DNA of 64,000 bases from Oxynema aestuarii AP17. Lineage in GTDB: Bacteria; Cyanobacteriota; Cyanobacteriia; Cyanobacteriales; Laspinemataceae. The stretch spans positions 5,877,299 through 5,941,298 of the forward strand of contig NZ_CP051167.1 of assembly GCF_012295525.1 (NCBI RefSeq), written 5' to 3'. Under the pieces are notes generated by a model. The model did not search any database, was not told where the DNA came from, and worked only from the letters and a program-made list of their open reading frames with translations. The position numbers and the translations under genes are program-made. Shown here piece by piece: positions 57,085 to 64,000 of the stretch; within the stretch, counting starts at the first letter, position 1, and each line of letters opens with the position of its first letter.

Positions 57085-58265
57085 ACTCAGTCACCCTTTC
57101 TTTTGTGATTTCTCCGCAATGATAGCATCTCCTCCGGGTATCCTCCAATCGGCTCGGATTCGGCAGCGTCGGTTCCTACAGGTCGGGGAGGTCGGTTGGA
57201 GCGGCGAACTGTACGGTTCGGATCGGGGAGGGGGTTTGGGGTGGCGTCGTTTACACGGCTCGGCTGCTTTTCCCGATCTGGGGTGGACTCGTTCGTGGTT
57301 TTTTCAATTGCTTTAACCCGAAATATGGTGCGTCATCGAACGACGCGCGATCGCCTTCAAAAGTGAACCGATCGCGGCGATTTTTTGGTGCTTGCCGACT
57401 CGATTTCGGGGAAAACAGAATCCATTTTAAGGTTGAAATATCCAGATTAAAGCGTATTCCTTTCGAGGGCGATCGCTCTCTAAAAAATAGATAATTTTCT
57501 TCCGGCTCGATCGCCCGTCATTCTTGGCGTTTGGAAAGGAGGAGATCGGCGATCGCCACGTCGGATCCCACGGTTTTAAAATAGAGTCGTCGTTCGTTGA
57601 ATTCTCACGTGAAATAGCGCACCCGATCGGGTCGTTATTCGGCGATCGCGATCGGGCTAAAGGTAAGGGGCTTAGGGGAGTCGATCTCCCTCCCCTCCCG
57701 GCAATCTCCCGAGCGATCGCCCCCGAGATCGAAACCAACGGCGATCGCCGCCGCAACCGTTGCCAAAAAACACCCCACGATTTTATTTTGACTTGCAAAA
57801 CTATCGAGTTTTAAAAAGCTCGGAAAGTCCGGTTGAAACGGAATTTAAACCCGAACAAACCATGACCTCCGGTGCAAAAAATGAAGGGGCGATCGCCGGG
57901 GAGAGAGAGGGAGGAACCAGGGCGAGGCGATCGGCGCGAAACCTCAGCTAGCCGCCGATCGAAGCCGCCCCTCAACAGGAGCCAAACCCGATCGATTCGA
58001 TCGCAATCCTTACAGATCGGGAACGAGATCGATTCAGATTAATTGACAAAAATGATTAAAACTTCTAATCGATCGAAATTTTCCTCGATTCCTATTGGCG
58101 GGTTCGGTCTGAAATCGCCGCCAAGCGGTCATTTGCCGAGAGAAATCTTATCCGTTGTAACAGACGATCGCCCCCGATTGAAGGGGGAATCTTTAAGAAA
58201 TTGCGATCGCCCGGTACGATTCCGAGATAGGATCGATGTTAATTTTAATTACAGCCTCTTGTCTG

Positions 58266-58670
58266 ATGATGTCCATAAAGAAAATATTCTCCCGCCTGTT
58301 CGCCTTAGTTTTAGTGGTAGCGATCGCTTTAGTCGGTTGTTCCAGTAGTGGGAGCCTCACGGGAAACTACCAACAAGATACCCTCGCCTTAGTTGACAGT
58401 CTGCGAACGGCGATCGAACTACCGGAAGACGCCCCCGAGAAAAAAACTGCCCAAGCCGAAGCGCGCGATCGGATTAACGAATTTTTCTCCCGTTACCGTC
58501 GCGATCCTTCCGTTTCCAAACAGGTGTCATTTACTACCATGCGAACGGCGATCGACAGCTTGGCCGGACATTATAACTCTTACCCGAATCGTCCGATTCC
58601 GAGCAAATTAAAAAAACGACTCGAACAAGAATTCCGACAAGTTGAATCTGCAATCCAACGAGGCGCCTAA
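58266..58670 (+). CDS. psb27: Photosystem II lipoprotein Psb27
   Basis: Lipobox LVGCSS; LTGNYQQDTLALVDSLRTAIELPEDAP…INEFFSRYRR…FTTMRTAIDSLAGHYNSYPNRPIPSKLKKRLEQEF is collinear with Synechocystis Psb27. The track ORF starts at 58236. Confidence 0.8.
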   Translation: MMSIKKIFSRLFALVLVVAIALVGCSSSGSLTGNYQQDTLALVDSLRTAIELPEDAPEKKTAQAEARDRINEFFSRYRRDPSVSKQVSFTTMRTAIDSLAGHYNSYPNRPIPSKLKKRLEQEFRQVESAIQRGA

Positions 58671-59298
58671 AACTGACGGCGAGGGAAGCGCCCGAAGCAG
58701 CCGCTCGAGCGCCTTCTCTCCCTCGAATTCGTTCGTCCGTCATCGGCTCGACCCATTGAGAGCGAGCGTCCTGACCTCATTTGGTTCGACTCCCTCACAC
58801 CGAGCCAGTCTTCTCCATCACCACCTGCACCCATCGAGCGCACGGCTGAACTGCAGACCAAATAATCCGGTTTCGATCGCAAGCAGTGGGAACAGATCGA
58901 CAGGAACTCGGGGTGCCACCGTTCATCAATTCGATCTGTTCGATCGCGCAAAACAGCTTTTCCCTTGCTCGAAACCGCCACCGCAAGGGTGGCGATCGTC
59001 CATCGACCCCTCATTGTGGTTTGTCGCACTGGCGTCCGACCTCAATCGAGGTTCGTCCCTGGGGAACAGACTGACAAGATGAATCGTTTCACGATCTCTG
59101 GCATAACCGAACGACCCCATTAAATTTTCCCGTGTCCTTCTCGGATGCCCCCAATGCAGCAACTGGAGGCGATCGCGAACCTCCCCACCCCCACCGTTCG
59201 GACATCGACCCGATGGGTGCGATCGTTGTGGATTCCCAAATGCTGCGACGGCTGCGCGATCCGAGCGTCTGCCCAAATCACTCAATTGTCTAACTGCG

Positions 59299-60819
59299 AT
59301 GCAACACTGGCGATCTTTGTACGGCGCTCTCGCCGGACTCCTCATAAGTACCTCCCTCATCCCCCCGGCATTCAGTCAAGTCTCGAATGCCCAAGGTGGC
59401 CCGACCTGTCAAGCCACTGCCGAACAAATTGCCGAAAAAGATCGATTGCGGCAAGCCGCCCTCTCTGGCGACGAGACAGCCCGCCAAGCTTACCAAGCCT
59501 TTCTCGAAGCCGAAGGCAAACGCCTCGACGAATGCCGCAACAAAACCTGGCCCCAAGATCAAGCCCTCTGGTTGAGACTGTATCCGTGTGACGCCCAACC
59601 CGGACAACTTGACGCCTTACTCGATCGCGTCGTCAACAAAGGATACAACAAAGTTTTTGTCGAATATTTCTATGACGGACAGGTCTTATTACCTGCCACC
59701 GACAACCCCACCCCTTGGCCCTCGGTCATCCGCACCCCGGGCTACGAAAATGTCGATTTATTAGCGGAATCCATCGAAAAAGGCCGGGAACGTGGTTTAG
59801 AAGTCTACGCTTGGCTGTTTACCCTCAATTTCGGCTATACCTACTCCCAAATGGAAGACCGACAAGGGGCTCTAGCGCGCAACGGCGAAGGTCAAACTAC
59901 CCTCAGTATCAACCAAGACCCCGCCTTACACGACCAAGTGGGAGCCAGTCACGCCAATCATGCCTTTATCGATCCCTACAGTCCTCAAGCCAGACGGGAC
60001 TACAGTTGGCTGATTGACGAAGCCCTCGAACGTCAACCCGATGGCGTCTTGTTCGATTACGTCCGCTACCTGCGCGGTACGGGTCCGGCCTCTGTAGTCT
60101 CCAAACCTTCCGATTTGTGGATTTACAGTCAGGCGTCCCAACAAACCCTCCTGCAACGCGGCATGAATCAAAAGGGACGGGAATTAATTCGCCGTTTTAT
60201 CACTCAGGGATACATCAGTGTTGGGGATATCGAAGAAGTCGATAAAATGTATCCCAACGAAGTCGAACCCCTCTGGCACGGTCGCACCCCACCGACGACC
60301 AAAACCCTCGCCCCCCCTGCCCAAAGACAGCCGCTTTTGCAATGGGAACTGTGGTATCTCAGTGTAGCCCACGCCGTCCAAGGGGTTCTCGATTTTGTCG
60401 ATGCGGCTGCCGAACCGATTAAAGAGCAAGGACTTGCCGCCGGAACGGTCTTTTTCCCGGGGGGCAATCGCCCGGTCGGTGACAAAGGATTCGACTCTCG
60501 CCTCCAGCCTTGGGATCGCTTCCCCGCTTGGATGGAGTGGCATCCGATGGCCTATGCCAATTGCGGCGATCCCTCCTGTATTATGGATGAAATTCAGCGC
60601 GTCGTCAGCATGGCCCCTGAAGGCACACAGGTGATTCCCGCCTTAGCCGGGGATTGGGGACAGTCCGTGAGTAATCGTCCGTCTCTGGAAGCCCAAATGT
60701 TTGCCTTGCAACGTCAGTTTGGGTCTAAAATTAATTCGGTCAGTCACTTTGCCTATTCTTGGCAAGAACCGGACTCCGATCGCGATCGCAAATTCTGTCA
60801 GCTTCCATCGCCTCAATAA
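59299..60819 (+). CDS. Exported glycoside-hydrolase-like family 10 (GHL10 / DUF187) protein
   Basis: Signal peptide; VVNKGYNKVFVEYFYDGQVLLP; GLEVYAWLFTLNFG; FIDPYSPQARRDYSWLIDEALERQPDGVLFDYVRY. Confidence 0.55.
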   Translation: MQHWRSLYGALAGLLISTSLIPPAFSQVSNAQGGPTCQATAEQIAEKDRLRQAALSGDETARQAYQAFLEAEGKRLDECRNKTWPQDQALWLRLYPCDAQPGQLDALLDRVVNKGYNKVFVEYFYDGQVLLPATDNPTPWPSVIRTPGYENVDLLAESIEKGRERGLEVYAWLFTLNFGYTYSQMEDRQGALARNGEGQTTLSINQDPALHDQVGASHANHAFIDPYSPQARRDYSWLIDEALERQPDGVLFDYVRYLRGTGPASVVSKPSDLWIYSQASQQTLLQRGMNQKGRELIRRFITQGYISVGDIEEVDKMYPNEVEPLWHGRTPPTTKTLAPPAQRQPLLQWELWYLSVAHAVQGVLDFVDAAAEPIKEQGLAAGTVFFPGGNRPVGDKGFDSRLQPWDRFPAWMEWHPMAYANCGDPSCIMDEIQRVVSMAPEGTQVIPALAGDWGQSVSNRPSLEAQMFALQRQFGSKINSVSHFAYSWQEPDSDRDRKFCQLPSPQ

Positions 60820-60978
60820 TATATTTTCCCAAATTCAACCCTTAAGGGGGTCGATCCGAGGGAGACTGTAGGTCTCCCTTGGATTTTTGCGTGCAAACTT
60901 GGTCAAACGCCGATTTTAGGCTTAAATCTGGTAAATTATCAAGTGAATTACATTTCAAAAAGTTGACGCGATCGGCTC

Positions 60979-61416
60979 ATGCGCTTGACCCACAATTTCT
61001 TAAAAATTGAAACGGGCGAAGGAATTTGCATCTATAACATTACGCCGCAAATTCAAGAACTCGTCGAAAAACACGGCATCAGACAGGGAAATGTCACCGT
61101 TATTTCTCAGCATACCACCACGGCTTTAACCATCAATGAAGCCGAAGAACGATTGCTCGAAGATATTAAAACGTATCTCAAAAAATTAGCTCCCCCGGAA
61201 GATCGATATTTACATAACGACCTTCATTTACGCGACGTTCCCGAAGACGAACCGATTAACGCTCATTCTCATTTAATGGCAATGACCATGGGAACGACGG
61301 AAACTATCCCAATTCTTAACGGTAAATTAGCGTTAGGAACCTGGCAATCGGTGTTGTTATTAGAGTTAGACGGACCGCGCACGCGCAAGGTTTTAGTACA
61401 ATTCTGGGGAGAATAA
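60979..61416 (+). CDS. YjbQ / UPF0047 family (secondary thiamine-phosphate synthase-like) protein
   Basis: 145 aa; ITPQIQELVEK…GNVTVISQHTTTALTINEAE…HLMAMTMGTTETIPILNGKLALGTWQSV. Confidence 0.7.
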   Translation: MRLTHNFLKIETGEGICIYNITPQIQELVEKHGIRQGNVTVISQHTTTALTINEAEERLLEDIKTYLKKLAPPEDRYLHNDLHLRDVPEDEPINAHSHLMAMTMGTTETIPILNGKLALGTWQSVLLLELDGPRTRKVLVQFWGE

Positions 61417-61521
61417 ATCGATCGCCGATCGCGATCTAAAAAAATAAAGGTTCAACTCTAAAATCACAATGTCCAATTAAAATATAAAACTAAACTGCCC
61501 CATTAAAATTCTTGCGCTCTA

Positions 61522-62841
61522 ATGAATCACGTTCGCTCCTGGGTCGCGCGTTCTCCCCAAACCCTCCTGAAAGTCGGATCGATCGCCGTGCTGACGATCG
61601 CCGCCTTGGGAGTCGCCAGTTGTCAGGCTACACCGGAAGCAGGCTCCACCCCAGGGGGACGAGGCAACCCGGAACGCACCGAGAACAACCAACCGATCGC
61701 CGTCGATATTGCGCTCGCCGAACGGCAGCCCTTACGAGAACCGATCCAATATACCGGAACGACGCGCCCGGTAGAGGAAGTGAGCTTGCGATCGCGCGCC
61801 GAGGGACAATTACTCGACTTGAGAGCCGATGTCGGCGATTTCGTCACCCAGGGCGAAATTCTCGGACGCATTGACGATACCTTAGCCGTCGCCGACGTGG
61901 TTGAGGCGGAAGCGGAACTGGCGGCCCTGCAAGCGGAAGTCCAACGGTTGCAAGCGGCGGTCCGCGACGCGCGATCGCAAGTCGAAAGCATCCGCCTCGA
62001 CCTGGAACAAGCGGAAAACGACGCCGAACGCCTCCAGTGGCTTTACGAAGAAGGGGCCTTGTCCGAACAAGAAGCGGAACGAGCCCGAACCTTAGCGCGC
62101 ACGACCCGCCAAGATTTAGAAGCGGCGAGAGAGCGGATCGGCACCCAGGAAAAAGCGGTAGAAGCGGCTCAAAAGCGGGTTTTGGCCCAAGAAGCGGTGC
62201 TGGCGGGATTGCGATCGCGCCGAAACTACAGCGTGTTGACGGCCCCCGTCTCGGGTTCGGTGGTCGAACGGTTGGTGGATCCCGGGAGTTTCGTACAAAC
62301 AGGCGGCGAAATTCTCAAAATCGCCGATTTCAGCCGCTTGGAGGTCGTCGTCAACCTTTCCGAACTAAAACTCAATCAAATTCGTGCCGGACAAACGGTT
62401 AACGTGCGTTTAGATGCATTTCCCGAAGATAGCTTTTTCGGCGAGATTTCGCGGATTTCTCCCGCCGCCAACGCCGAAACCCGTCAAATTCCCGTAGAGA
62501 TTATCTTGGATAATACCGATCGCCGCCTCGCCAGTGGCTTGTTGGCGCGGGTGAGTTTTGAAGCGGGCCGCACCCAGTCGGTGGTGTTACCCGAAAGTGC
62601 CTTGCAGACTGGAGAAACCCGGGCGAGATCGCTGCGCGAAGGCAGTGAGGCGACGGTGTTCGCGATCGTCGAAAACGAGCAATCGCCTCGGGTTGAGGCG
62701 CGTCCGGTGGTCATTGGGGAGCGGGTCGATGGCAAAGTGGAAATTCGCGCGGGCTTGGAATCGGGGGAACGGGTGGTCGTCAGAAGTAGTAAACCCTTGA
62801 AGGACGGCGATCGCGTGCGCCCCAGCATCCTGTCCGAATGA
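61522..62841 (+). CDS. Efflux RND periplasmic adaptor (membrane-fusion protein, HlyD family)
   Basis: N-terminal lipoprotein-like signal (LTIAALGVASCQA); long coiled-coil hairpin (AEAELAALQAEVQRLQAAV…); beta-barrel and MP domains (VLTAPVSGSVVERLVDPGSFVQTGGEILKIAD). Confidence 0.75.
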   Translation: MNHVRSWVARSPQTLLKVGSIAVLTIAALGVASCQATPEAGSTPGGRGNPERTENNQPIAVDIALAERQPLREPIQYTGTTRPVEEVSLRSRAEGQLLDLRADVGDFVTQGEILGRIDDTLAVADVVEAEAELAALQAEVQRLQAAVRDARSQVESIRLDLEQAENDAERLQWLYEEGALSEQEAERARTLARTTRQDLEAARERIGTQEKAVEAAQKRVLAQEAVLAGLRSRRNYSVLTAPVSGSVVERLVDPGSFVQTGGEILKIADFSRLEVVVNLSELKLNQIRAGQTVNVRLDAFPEDSFFGEISRISPAANAETRQIPVEIILDNTDRRLASGLLARVSFEAGRTQSVVLPESALQTGETRARSLREGSEATVFAIVENEQSPRVEARPVVIGERVDGKVEIRAGLESGERVVVRSSKPLKDGDRVRPSILSE

Positions 62842-63209
62842 GCGATCTGGACTCGGAACACAGGGCGATCGCCCGGATATTGATGTAGATCGCGCATCGA
62901 TTATATCTGCTTTTTGCATAATAATGCCCGATTTTGCTACTCTCGCTACAACTTTTCGCAGGTAAAAATGGGATTTCTACAAATATTAAGACGGGGTTAA
63001 AACGATTCTTGAGGAATCGATAACCTTTTGCTCGAAAGGTTACCAAGATTTCGATCGTTCGGCGATCGTGGACGGCGGTTCGCCAAAGCGATCTCAAACT
63101 AATTTTTAACAGCAAAACCGTTGAATCATTGGTGACCCAGTCAGCATAAAGCTGCCTTTATTTTTGTAGACTTCCTCTCATTTACACTGTAGAAATTTGT
63201 CGCCCTGCA

Positions 63210-64000
63210 ATGTCACAATTCTCCCTAAAGTCTTTGGCCACTCCTCTCTCGATCGCCGGGTTTGCTCTTCTAGGTGCGACTGTTTATCTCGATGGGGCGA
63301 TCGCCGCTCCCCCCTCGCTTCACCGTGCAACTGAATCGCAAAATCTGTTCCGACAAGGCGATCTCAACTCCCCCATCAGCCAGGAATTCGCTCCCCTCGA
63401 TCGCGTCAACTCCGTCAGCGACTTGAGCGATGTTAGCCCCAACGATTGGGCCTTCCAAGCCCTCCAATCCCTCGGCGAACGCTATCAATGTTTGCTCGCC
63501 TATCCCGACGGCAGCTATCGCGGCGATCGCGCCCTCACCCGCTACGAATTCGCCGCCGGACTCAATACCTGCTTAGACCGCATCCAAGTCCTCATCGAGG
63601 AAAACATTAGCGCGCTTTCCCCCGAAGACCTCGCCCAACTGCGCCGTCTTCAAGAAGAATTTGCCGCCGAACTCGCCACCCTCCGAGGTCGGGTCGATGC
63701 CCTCGAAGTTCGCACCGCCGAACTCGAAGCCAATCAATTTTCCACCACCACCAAACTCGTCGGCGAAGCCATCTTTAACCTCGCCGACAGTTTCAGCGAA
63801 AACGACGAGAGCCAATTCGCCTTCAGCCAACGGGTTCGCCTCAACTTCGTCACCAGCTTTAGCGGTAAAGATAGCCTCATTACCCGCCTCGAATTCGGCA
63901 ACATCGGCAACTCTTTCGCCGACGAAATCGGCACCAATGAAGGGCGCTACGCCTACGACGGCGCCGGAGATAATGTCGTGCGCCTCAACCGACTGCACTA
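63210..64000 (+). CDS. SLH-domain outer-membrane porin (OprB/SomA-like), N-terminal part; continues past the window end
   Basis: Manual translation from the ATG at ~63210: signal peptide, SLH motif (VSPNDWAFQALQSLGERYQCLLAYPDGSYRGDRALTRYEFAAGLNTCLDRI), coiled-coil (LAQLRRLQEEFAAELATLRGRVDALE), then beta-barrel start (TTKLVGEAIFNL). No stop before 64000. Confidence 0.7.
   Translation, partial: MSQFSLKSLATPLSIAGFALLGATVYLDGAIAAPPSLHRATESQNLFRQGDLNSPISQEFAPLDRVNSVSDLSDVSPNDWAFQALQSLGERYQCLLAYPDGSYRGDRALTRYEFAAGLNTCLDRIQVLIEENISALSPEDLAQLRRLQEEFAAELATLRGRVDALEVRTAELEANQFSTTTKLVGEAIFNLADSFSENDESQFAFSQRVRLNFVTSFSGKDSLITRLEFGNIGNSFADEIGTNEGRYAYDGAGDNVVRLNRLH

Noticed and set aside
63573-63998. Minus-strand ORF of 141 aa (and 63270..63488)
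   Set aside because: It is antisense to the manually identified SLH-porin gene starting at ~63210, whose translation shows a clear signal peptide and SLH domain.

Overview
This is a cyanobacterial chromosomal segment. The octamer GCGATCGC (HIP1) occurs roughly every couple of hundred bp, STRR-like heptamer arrays (AAAATCT / CAATCTA) sit in intergenic regions, and signature genes are present: ndhF-ndhD (NDH-1 subunits), psb27, a ycf46-like AAA ATPase, secG-gpmI, and an SLH-porin.

I call about 58 protein genes (about 57 complete) plus two identical tRNA-Glu(UUC) genes next to rtcB. Core and housekeeping genes include bioF, a thioredoxin, a type-2 NADH dehydrogenase, hcp with a divergent Crp/Fnr regulator, a YjbQ-family protein, an RND membrane-fusion adaptor, an M42 peptidase and a GH3-family protein.

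Accessory and unusual content:
- two TPR-CHAT-type proteins, one carrying about 12 near-identical 102-bp tandem TPR units;
- two orphan IS630-like orfA HTH genes bracketing an RHH protein plus an unknown 252-aa protein;
- an AT-rich, HIP1-free island with an orphan C5 cytosine methyltransferase;
- a ~440-nt structured repeat in two copies that shows compensatory base changes (candidate ncRNA/MITE);
- a candidate metal-responsive module: a His/Met-rich secreted protein, an OM barrel, a PepSY-TM protein and an OmpR/HK two-component pair, with a beta-propeller lipoprotein two genes downstream;
- a LuxR-HTH-NB-ARC STAND ATPase, a Ser/Thr kinase-TPR protein and a TPR-CHAT protease clustered together;
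- an atypical P1B-like P-type ATPase lacking a CPx motif;
- a noncanonical Hsp70-like / GrpE-like / DUF2997-like operon.

Coordinates I derived myself, rather than from the ORF track, may be off by 1-2 nt.
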